DNA of 64,000 nt from Lingula anatina (Eukaryota > Animalia > Brachiopoda): assembly GCA_051362555.1 (NCBI GenBank), contig CM120640.1, positions 32,941,967 to 33,005,966 on the forward strand, read 5' to 3'. Below are positions 24,659 through 36,500 of the stretch, piece by piece (the stretch's first letter is position 1; each line of letters starts with the position of its first letter). Below the pieces are notes generated by a model. It was not told where the DNA came from, did not search any database, and saw nothing but the letters and a program-made list of their open reading frames with translations. A program made the position numbers and the translations under genes.

Positions 24659-26012
24659 TGTTGATGCAAAAACTAAACACCGCGCTTGTTCTCACTTCCG
24701 GTTAATGAGCAAGGAAGAATTCCAAACTCCGATGTGCGAAACGAACCTAGCAGCCTAGGTCCTACTTGCTTTAAAACGTGTTAAAACAGCAAAAAGTGTC
24801 CGCGATCTAACTGTTTTATCAAATTTATTGTAGGCTCCTTGTGCCCTAGTACCTTAGTCTGATTTTATAGAGTTAGGTCAAAATTTTTCTACTAGACAAA
24901 ATACTGCAACGCTTCGCTAATTTTAATGTTTGCAGATGGGGGACTACGATTTTGCTTTAGAGAAGGGGAGGGGGCAAAGATAAAATTCTTACCTATCTTC
25001 TATCGGGCTTATATGTTATAAAACATTTAAAGCAGGCATTCAAACTGTAGGCCTAATGTATCTATGTAGGATCATGTATCGGATGTAGGGCGCAGAAAGG
25101 GCTGATAGGTTAGCAAAAAGACAGAAAAGGGGGAAAAACGCTTACCGCTTGCTTTTGACGCGATCGTTTCTTTCGCCATTGAACTGTACTTTTCATGACT
25201 TAAATCTGAGGTAGAGGAGGGAGGGGACCTCTGAAGCTACAGAGAAGTCAAGTGCCGGCTGTCGAGGCTTTGCCATCCCCAGACTAAATCACTGCAAATA
25301 TAATTGACATACTTCTGAAGTATAGCCGGATTTAAGATGAGAAGGGTGAAAAAACGACTGAAAAAATAATTAAGGAGGATTTTCTGCTATTATTTATTGG
25401 TGTTTTGGGGTTAAATTGGTCATTCCACTTTCTTAAGTAACCTACTTCCTCATCAGAGTAATTAGTCTACATTGTACATGGTTGTTAGTCTACTTTTCTC
25501 TGAACTGCGCATCCCAAACTGATCCTTTTGGCGACAATACAAGGCCATTAACCAAATAATCAGATCAATCAGAATAAAGAGCAGGTCTAGAATTTGGTTA
25601 ATGTCACGATGAGATATGTTCTGTCTTCGATTTCATTAATTTCAAGAAGCGACTGTGTTTAGGTCCAAGCTTCCGTGCGTCATCGGTTTAAAAACGAAAG
25701 TTATTTACTTTTTCGGCTTATTTTACAAGCCGGTTTCACCTCAGCCAGGAAATTGGTCTAACTTTTTTGAATAAAGAATGACTTGCTTCAATTGAAGATA
25801 ATCATTGGTTGTACACTTCACTTTAAAATAGTTTTATCTAAAATATAAGTCATGTCTTATGTATTACAAAACTTGCGCAATGTTTCATTTAATGAGCTAG
25901 GCCTTATTTATGTTGGTTAAAAGTTAACTAAATTTTGACCTTTGTAACGTTTTAAAACGGGTGCTATTTACTTGAAATAATTAGTTGCACTTGGACAGAG
26001 ATTTAAAAACGT

Positions 26013-26015
<3 letters not shown>

Positions 26016-26055
<40 letters not shown>

Positions 26056-26066
26056 CTCTCTCTCTC
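26016..26066. repeat. (CT)n microsatellite
   Basis: CT run. Another (CT)n lies at ~47187-47218 and (TAAA)n at ~33534-33581. Confidence 0.95.
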
Positions 26067-27404
26067 ACATGAGGCTATGTTTCTGACACGTGAAGAGTTG
26101 GTATTTTTACGGAGTTTCGGAGAGTCTTGTTTAAAGAGAAGTAGGCCTATCTTTTGAGTTTCAATTTTTCACATGTTGTCAGTAAGTTTAAATAAATAGA
26201 GAGCAAGTGTTTTAGAAATGACGTTAATTTTGTTAGCAATTTCATTCTAATATGATATGAAAGACGTTATTTATCATTTACAATCGTTGTCTTTTAATTG
26301 TTCAGTTGGATTGCCTGCTGGACACGCAAAGAAAGGGCCGTATCTTAATAAAATACCCTTTCAGAATTAAAATGTCTACCTTTTCCATTTGACATACACG
26401 GCACAATTATCGTTTTTCTTGTTATTCCATCCAATCACAAAGTATTTCTTCAACGATACTTTTGTGTCACCCTGTCACGCGGTTTTCACAGCGAAACGGG
26501 GAACTCCTTATATAAGCTAGGTCCATCATGCACTCAACAAGGAAAAAATCGCACGCCGCCACTACAAGATGAACATGAATTCGCATCTTCTATTTTTATT
26601 TCTTGCTGCCTTTTTTAAGGGGTCGGTTGAGATTTCGCCAGCTTATCCAGTTGGAGTAAACCGCCCACTGGTAAGTAAGAAAAAGACAAAAAGTGAAATT
26701 TTTGGTCTGCAAGTATCTATATTATATTTAAGCTTGTGTATTGCAATGGACCATTTTCAAAACTTTTTAAAAATTGGTTGTCGTTGTAGATAACCTCACC
26801 CTGAACTTTTTCATGTGTGCGTGAGATATTTTTTCAATAAGTGAATAATACCAAATTTCTTCCTTTGATATTTGATTGTACATATGTAATAAAATGAAAT
26901 ACAACTGAGATTTGAAAAGGAGAAAAGGAAGAAAAGAAAAAAAGAAATTAATTAAACATTGTGTATATATGCATGTGAGTTAGATTTTTTACAAATACAA
27001 AAAGTACTATGGCCATTATTACCCGTTTTTTTAAATTAAAAACTGGCAGTTATGAGTTTTTTTCTTCTTTACAATTTATACAAATTATTTGTGGACTAAA
27101 CGGTCTTTTGGGTATTCTTTTCTCACTGACTGCATAAACATGCTTGTTACCGTTTATGCTTGTTACCGTCTCTCTCTCTCTGCCTCTCTCTCTCTCACAT
27201 GAGGCTATGTTTCTGACACGTGAAGAAGTTGGAATTTTTACGGAGTTTCGGAGAGTCTTGTTTAAAGAGAAGTAGGCCTATCTTTTTAGTTTCAATTTTT
27301 CACATGTTGTCAGTAAGTTTAAATAAATAGAGAGCAAGTGTTTTAGAAATGACGTTAATTTTGTTAGCAATTTCATTCTAATATGATATGAAAGATGTTA
27401 TTTA
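26041..27404. repeat. ~233-bp near-identical direct duplication (26041-26273 and 27171-27404) bracketing exon 1 of the peptide gene
   Basis: Both copies start in a (CT)n tract and differ at about four positions. Confidence 0.9.
26509..26515 (+). promoter_or_regulatory. TATA box of the secreted peptide gene
   Basis: TATATAA ~55-60 nt upstream of ATG 26569; CCAAT at ~26431. Confidence 0.6.
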
Positions 27405-30067
27405 CATGTATTTAATATATATAGGCTACATGTATTTAATTATTGCATCTATTGGGACCTTTTATTTAATTGTAAAAGTCAATTAATTAATGAAATAAAT
27501 AAATAAATTGATTTATAAATATATAAATAGAAATACTAATAAATATATGAAAAAGTATTGCGTTCAAGCGTATCATTTTCACATCACATATTAAGGTTTG
27601 GTAATAATATGTCTCATGGTACATGTAACGACCAAGTTTGTCAATGTTATGAAAGCACAAGTAGAAATTTAAAAGTTAGCATCATTTTTACATTTACTTA
27701 TTTATTTAATTCCTTATTTTCTATTATGTATCCATTTATTCATTTTTGCAGTACAACAAAAATGTACGTACTGATATACTGAAGACTGCCAATTTATTTC
27801 GTAATATAAATAACAGAGTGACACCTGAAAACGGTGAGTAGCGATGGTCCAAAGTGCATAGACTATGCGTAAAACTTCGGCAACCCTGCATTCAAATTGT
27901 AAAAACATTTTATTTATTTTTTCTTTTCCAAAGTTTCACCTTAGTTTCCCAGAAGACGCCGGTGACAGACAGAGCATCTTGCGTTTCTTCGTCCCTGGCG
28001 ACGTTTTGAATTTCAAGGTGGGACAACCAAGGAATGAACGACATACGATTGTCTCTGAGCCGATGGTGAGAAGAAATAAAACAATAACAAAACGTGAGTC
28101 GCAACTTAGACAACTGTTTTGATTATGCATTGTATATTAATCATATTCACGAGACATTTAATAATAATCATTATTATTTTAACCCAAAGAGGCAACATTC
28201 AACCCAGGTTTGCAATTATAAGCAATAATAAATTAGTCAATAACAAATACAGGACAGGATTGAATTAAGTTTTTAATACTTATTATTAAGTTTTTTATAC
28301 TTAACTAGATACGTATCTATTTAAGTTTAAATAGATACATGTACTTAAATCTCCTCGAAACTACGTGCATTCCCACATTCAAAGTTCGTCATTTTTTTAG
28401 TGTATTTTCTGTAATAATGTCTGAAGAAACTATTACGGAAGGTAGCCATCCATGAATGTCCGCGTGGTCCGATAGCAAGCCCAGATTTCAGAATATTTGC
28501 AATAAACGCCGCTTTTGTGGTAAAATGAAATTTATCATATTTCTATGTGTTGTTTTCAATGTGTAAATTATGGTATGTTGAATCTCATATGAACAGTTGT
28601 TATCCCTTAAACATCCAAAATTGCAACATTAAGGTCCCGAAGACACATTCTGTTTGTATTAGCATTGGAAGTTATTAATATCTAAGATATGCGAGATACA
28701 AACGCGTAGAAATTAAGCTTCAAACAGTGTTAACAATGCGTTGTATAAATGTAAGTAACTTTTATAAAAGTCCATTTGAAATCTCCAAAACATGTAGTAG
28801 CACAATTTTACATGAAAACCTTCGGTCTAATTAGAAAAAGAGTGAAAGAAAGGTATCCATCCTCTAAGATTAAATTAACATTTTTTCTTGTTAAGAATGG
28901 TAATATAATTAATTAAGAGAAATGCAGTTTCTGGTCATCGTATTGTCCTTTTTTGGCACTAGTAATCTTTTAGCACAATCTACGGTACATGTGTCATGCA
29001 AAATAACTATATTACGTCTACCATAATGAAAAAGAATAAAAAGCATCTAATTAAAAAAGTTTTATTTTAAAATGCTTTTATGTAATCTGTATAGAATTAA
29101 CCGCGATGGGGTAGTGAAAAACAAGGGGGTGGCATGAGAATGATTTAATTGGTACACTCGCCAAATACGCTGTCGTGCAAATAACCTTATACATAAAAGT
29201 TATCATATTTTGGTGTATCTTTGGAAGAAAAATTTTGAACGAGATTTCATTTTATTTGACAGTTATTTGTAGAATACACATCTGAGACGTATGTCTTTTG
29301 ACAACGTACATATTTTGTGCAGGGCATATTCGTAGTATAGAGGCAAGACTTTGAGTTTACCACTTGAAGTCCCGGGATTAATATATATGCAAATAAGAAT
29401 TATAATAAAAATTGATTGAATAACTATATTCATCTCTTTCAGAAACTGCGAGGGTTTTTCCTTAAAAGGCGTCTTCAAATGGTTTTATACAAATAATTAC
29501 TTATAGCTTTACCTTCAAAAAAACATAGGTACAAAAATAACATAAAGTTTATCACTATGAATACAAAAAAGAGAGGCTTAAACGAAATTAAGTGCAATAT
29601 GTATTTAACAGCCTTTATGCTAACGTTTGCATAGAGAAAATGCAATGCTTTCTTAATTTAACCGTTTTCCAAATGTACACGTAAGCCTTGCATTACAAAT
29701 TGTGTTTCTAATTTACCAATCACACAGTCCAGTAGGCATATTGCAAGGAAATAAAATATGTTAATAAATTAACTGTTTTCCAATACAAACGTACTCTCTA
29801 CATTATGTAATATGCTTCCTATCAATTAATCACACATTCGAGTTCGTGGCATCAAGGGAGCACAACAGATAATATTCCTTAGTGGCATTGAGGCATTCCT
29901 CCTTACATATATCTACGATACCCGTTTGTTTGGTTGGGGGTGGGTGTGGTTATCTTTTTATTTTATTTTGAAAAATACTTAAAATCACTAAAAATATTTA
30001 TTTACTTTTCTTCACAGGGCGCTGTTTCGATGTCAAAGACATATGTTGTTGGTGGCAAATCTGTTAG
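26569..30067 (+). CDS. Secreted prepropeptide, 103 aa, with C-terminal 4-Cys peptide CFDVKDICCWWQIC (neuropeptide/toxin-like, family unassigned)
   Basis: Exons 26569-26670 (signal peptide; donor GTAAGT), 27934-28093 (pro-region; donor GTGAGT, phase 1) and 30018-30067 (acceptor TTTTCTTCACAG) total 312 nt. Splicing creates a KRR convertase site immediately before the Cys-rich peptide and the stop. Confidence 0.75.
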
Positions 30068-31726
30068 AAGGTGAAGCAGTTGAAGCATCGCCAGTGAAAC
30101 AAGCATAAATGACTATTTTTTTTTAATCTGTTTACCTACACAGTGTTTTATTTCCTGCCTGACATATACGAACCGCTGCCGTTAATCACTATGCTGCGCA
30201 CTTTGACTTCTGTGGAAAGCGTCCAAATAGAACTCAATTTGAAACGTTTTGGCCTTCGTTATCACGAATGCAAAAGTTCTTTAATGAGAATATAAACCTA
30301 CTACTTAAATACTTCCTGTTATTGTTGTTAGTCTGCACTATGAAATACGATTTTTTGGATCATAATGCCAAAATTACACGAATACTTTGAATACTTTAAT
30401 ATGCAGATATTAATTCTATTCTGCCTTAAAGATGTGCTATTGATTTATGTCCCTCTGACTTATATCCCATTATAAGCCTCAGTGTTAATTTTTTTCCGAG
30501 AAAAAAATAAAGATCGTCCAATAAATCTTGCAGTGTGGTCAAACTGAAGACTTGTTTAGCAGACTGCCTGGCAAATTTGAATGAATTATCGGTATTTATA
30601 GGTAAATTAAAGGTCTTTACCACTGGCGCACTATTATTTCATCGTCTCCATTAAAAGACGATGACGAGCGGTGTCTATGTGGTATCTTGCTGAATAGCTA
30701 AGCAACGATGTAATTTCCTTTGAAAAGATCATTAATAAATGTAAGTGCACTGTATGAAATTGTATGTGTAGCTTTTTCTATTTTATTCTAATTCTTTCGC
30801 ATGTATTTGGAGTCTTTTGTTTCTTCAGCGGCTACTAGTGTATAGTCTAACAAAGTGTACTTGTGGTGAGGTCATTAAATTTGATAAAAAGTTAACTAAT
30901 TTTGACCGTTTTTTATTTTGGTAGGCTAGGGGGTGGTGTTCTCAGGTATTTTTTTTATGTTGCTTTTAGATTCATTTACTGTTCACGGCGACAACCGAGC
31001 ATACACAAAATCAGAAAATCCACCCTATGATGGAAATTATGAAGTAGTAATATTACACTCTCATTGCGCATCAATTCCAAGCACGTATATAAATGACAAG
31101 TTCCCATGACAGTTTCAATACGTGTGAAAGAAAAGCAGAAGACTCTAAAATATCACTTGAAAGGTTTTTCTCTTATTATTACAAAGTTTCTATATGAATA
31201 TACAAGTATGGTAATTCTGCACCTTTCGTTCAACTAGCCAGTAGCTGAAAAACATGCATAGGTTTCAATGCACAGAGATAAAAGAAAAATAAAGTTGTGG
31301 CAAAATGTCTTTTCTAATATAATGAATGTCTAACTGGAATGTGCCTTATACGGATATTTCTTGATTAAAATAGCATTTCCACTCGATTGGACGGACGGAT
31401 ACATCACAGTAAAATCATTATGTTTTAAGATTATATTATAATGCTACATGTCATAAAAATAAGCATATGATATACAAAATGATATTGAACAAAAATTCTT
31501 CTTAAATCACAAAAATAATACATGTTAAAGATTAGTCTACAAACATGTAAATTTTAATATTGACAAGTTTAATGAATACATTCAAAAATTAAAAATGGCA
31601 AAATCTTATATAAATATGTGTTATTCTGTATAAATATAGTCTACATGCGTATATATGACTCTAGATTGGTGTATATAATTGTCCAAGAAATGATGTAAAA
31701 TATCCCCAGCTGTTCTTAATTCAGAT

Positions 31727-33532
31727 TCAGACGTCCTCATCCACTTCTTCACCTGCTTTCAGTTTTGCAATCACCTAAATTATAAAATAGTTATATTTAA
31801 ACTTCACTTTACTAACATTCATACATGTTCCAGCAAACATAATATATTACTCAATAATGATAATAACAATTTTGTGAAACTGACTTTATTTTAATTAAAA
31901 TCATGATTTTAAGCTGTCTTTACAAAAAGGTTAGTGTATGTCTTACCTGTTTAAGTCTATTAATCTCTTTGTTGTCTGCATTCTTTGAGGCTGAATTGGT
32001 TATCAGTTTCACTCGAGATGCATACCTATAAACACAGAATTTTTAAAGAATCATGTGATTGTGGCTGTGTTAAATCACATGTTAAATCACATGTTAAACA
32101 GAAAAACATAAATTCTGTAAAACTGATGGACTCGAAACACTTCAATGGATTGTATTATTCAAAGAAAAATGTAAGATATCTACTCACGTGAGAGAAATCA
32201 CCGTTTCATCAACATTGTAATCTGCCGGTGACACATTGACAAACATGAGCGTCTTTGCATTGCCCCCAAGGGAGTCCTGCATCAACATGGTCAGCTTGTT
32301 GTTACGGTAAGGGATGAAGGACTGCTCACTGGACAGGGCAGAAATCACGTCACCAAGTGCAGACAGAGATTTGTTGATAGAGTTGGCTTCCTGGAATGAC
32401 ATACAAATGTGAATTTAAAGAGGAAACATGATTGAAATAAAATAAACAAACAACCAGAAAATAATCAAACCCTAAAGGTTTTCAATATTCACATATTAAT
32501 TTTATTATTATTATTATGATAATAAGTTTATAGTGATTCAAACAATTCTAATTAACAATCCCCATATCTTCAATTTTTCATACCTTCAACTGCTCAGCAC
32601 TTGCATTGGTCTTTGCAACACGTTCACTGCCTGCCAAATCAACTAAGCTCAACTGAAATTTAAACAAAAAGTTGAAAAAGAATGTTAAACAGAAAATATC
32701 ATTCACACTATTCAAAACCCAATTATACAGTTTTTGTAATTTAAAAAAATCCTTCAATACTTCACCCAGAATATTCCACAGAACTCGTCAATTTAAATGA
32801 TCGTTAAAGAACTATTTTCATTAGTTCCATACACACCTTGCCCCTCGTCACTGTGCCAGATGTCCTGTTTGTACTTTCAATAATAACACCAACCACCAAA
32901 TGTGACCTGGAACTCTCTGCGTTCATGCCTAGAAGACAAATAAGTTGACTGTCATCATTATCTTTTAATGCTCTCTGTGTAAAATGCACCCTGAGTTTTA
33001 AAGGACACTTCTTACTCGCCTCTATTATCTACATGCCTCTGCCATATTCAATGTCCTCTAAAACTCAGGGTGGTTAGATGGGGCTAAATATGACAACCTG
33101 CACTGGAGAAAATCTGCACTTCATTTGTAATATGTAATTAATAAAATTATCTCACTGGCATTTTGTATCTCGTCTACACAAAAGCTTAGGTGCAGTAATT
33201 TATGACATATTCTTAAGAGTCAACATTTTGCACAATTTCAATGCATAAATTAGTTTTATCACAGACATCTTTTCCTTACTTGTGCTTGCAACGTGTCTGC
33301 TCTTGGAGCCTGCATCAAACAATGCCATAAGTTCTTTGGCATTGTGGGCATCTTTCACCTCTGCTCCCTGGACAAACACCATACCCTTCTTATCTTTCTT
33401 AATCTCCATCTTAACATCAGCCTCAGACTTCTTTCCAAACAGATCCAGAAGTTGGTCATTGTACAACTCCAACATATAAACTGACACTTTGAAGAGGAAC
33501 TTACTCCTGTAATAAACAATCCACAGAACTCG

Positions 33533-33579
<47 letters not shown>

Positions 33580-36500
33580 ATATAATAATTCAATGTGCTC
33601 AATTTACTACTAGATCTTTAACTAATAAACAAATTCAATGTCTGTACAAGTAGTTACAATGAATGAAATTGTGATGTACATAAATGAACTGCTGGGACTT
33701 CAGGTAATGACAGCAAAGCAAAATAAAATCAACCACAGACACACTTAGTCACAATATTTTCTGCTCGATTTATTTTGAACTCATAACAGGTAAATGTACT
33801 CTCATAACTTACTTGTTTTCCTCAAGTAGCTCAAATATCCTTTCAAATGCCCTTGGTGCTATGCCAGGGGACTTTTGTTCACTATCTCCAATCATGGTGT
33901 ATGTTTTCCCAGAGCCTGTCTGGCCATAAGCAAATATACACACATTGTAGCCATCTGCTGCAGACTGTACAAGATTCTGAAAATAAAGCAATGTAAATAG
34001 TTACATTATTATAAATAATATACAAAAATAACTGATTTAAATGTGCATGGTTGGTCTTACAAAAGGTGCTTTGGTCACAGTGATGACATTATTCGCCCGC
34101 TTAAATGAGTTTGAATGAAAATAAATGTGATCTTTAACCCATACGTTATACAGCTGATGATAATTCCCAGCACTGGTAGATCAGTTAACAGAGTGGATTT
34201 TTTCCCTTTTATCTAAAAAATGATACTCACTTTAACATCTGGGAATAGGAACAGGGTAGGTATTGTTGTTAAAAAAGAAAATAAAAGAGAAAGGGACTTT
34301 TCTGTTTTAAATATTTTAATATTTAAAAAAAACTGAAATGATCAAAAACTGATCCAAAGTTGAAAAATATAGTCATGCATGTCATACTAAATGACAACAA
34401 GGTCTAACCTCTTAATATCAAAGTGACATGAACTGGGAATTAACAGCTCTAAAGGGAACAACTTATCTCCCAAATCCTTAGAATTAGAGGGCCATCAACT
34501 TTTTATTTCCTAATGTACTTTTTGCATGGAAAGAGGATTGACACAAATCCAATTAACCAATAATGTCTAATTAAGCACATAAACACGAATACTGCAACAG
34601 AATGCAAACATGAAACATTGCTAAATCATCTTCAATTGCATCCCTGTATAATCCAGACAAATCCAAAATAAAACTTCTGGTTCTTCACTACAAGGAAGAG
34701 ATTTATAAAATATATCAACGTATTTCAAATGCATGTGCCCATTGGGACACCACAAAGAAGCACATTATTCCAGCTTTCTTTCCTCGCACATTATTCCACC
34801 TTGTTTTCCTCAATCTTACATGAGTGTCCTCAAAGACCTTTTCTTGGGAGTGCTCTGGCATAAAAATCTGGTCAAACTGGAATTCTTTCAATCCACGCTT
34901 GCTGTCAACCTGGACTGTATATTCATCTGGAGATTTCAACACCAAGACATTGCCCTGCAAAAGTAAAAGGTAATCAAGTCATTGCATGATGTACATGTTA
35001 GGTCTTATTAAGTTATTCATATTAAATTTTTTTGTCCTAAAAATATATAAAATCTGTTTTAAGTGGGTGTGAAACAAGAAAATCTTTATGAATATACGTA
35101 ATGTTTCTACCTAATAAAAAAGATAAAAGAAGATCAAAATAGTGATTTGTTCATTAAAAAAATAATAAATAAAAAATACCTTTACTTTTTAAAAAGTCAT
35201 GAAAACAATTCTTACCCTGTCTAATTCACTCTTGCTCATAGGCCTTGCTCTGGCATACACTCTAATCTTTCCTTTCATGTCTTCAACCATGTTGTAATAC
35301 TTCTTTCTAAGTACCTTTTAAAACAAAACCAAAAATGTGTTTATTCCATTTAAAAATTAAAGAGCATACAATAATGACCTATAATTTGAAGATTTTTATC
35401 CCAAATTTTATCCAGTCTTATCTCTGGCTATATTTTCATATTACATGTGCAAATAACAGAATATCAATAAAATCAAATGTGATTTTTAATTGCCTACCCT
35501 CTCACTGTTGAAATTTTCAGTCAATACATGGTTCTCCTCTTGCAATCTTTTCACTTCTTTTTCCAGCTCCTCCACCCTGGCCAAGGCCTTGATACCATCA
35601 CTGGCTGCCACGCCCAGCTGCTCCATCTCGGCCTGCAGCTTCTTGATTTCATTACTTTTGTTATCATTGTCCTATTTTAATAAATAAAAAAGATTCTCCA
35701 ATCAAAGTCATACTCATATGAAGCAGATGAAGTCATTATTGTAGTTTAAACTTCTCAATTTCTACACAGTTTGAAAGCTATTTGACATGTTTTAATTTCA
35801 TCAAACACTTTGGACTTTTCCATTCATTCTCAGACAGTGCCTAGTGAACTCTCTCAGTATGATGATAGGGAGAGACAGTAGAAGATCTCTAAGGAGAATA
35901 TCTCAAATGTAAAATAGCTTTCAAATTATGTGTATAAATTGAAAAGTTAAAACTATGAAAATGAACAAAGAATGCACAATGAACATAAATTCCAAAATTG
36001 TTTCTTAAAAGAGAATTATTATAATTCTAAAATATTAACCTGATATTTGTTTATAAATAGAGTGCACTACACAAAATTATCAATATACATATACAAACCT
36101 TCTTCAGCTGTTTAAGCTCCTCCTCTTGTGTCTTTAAATTCTCAGCCTGTTTTGCAGATTTCTGCTTTTCCATTTCCATTTTCTTTTCAAGTTCTTTCAA
36201 GATTTTCTCATGCTTCTGCTGTTTTGCTTTCTGCAAATTATGTGAATTGAAGATAGGCTAAAATTAGGTTCTTAGAGACAAGCTGTTTCAGCTATTTACT
36301 TACAATCCTTGAAATTCAGTCTTAAAATCCAATATCTGGATATTAAAATCCAACAATAATCCAATAAATTCTAATGCAAGGATACACTAAGTGCAGTGAT
36401 GTTAAAAATTTTCCAGGAAAATATCTTTATATGTCATACTATTATTTAAAAGAAAAATAATAACAAATAGACATTTTTTACTTACATCCTGTGCTGAATT

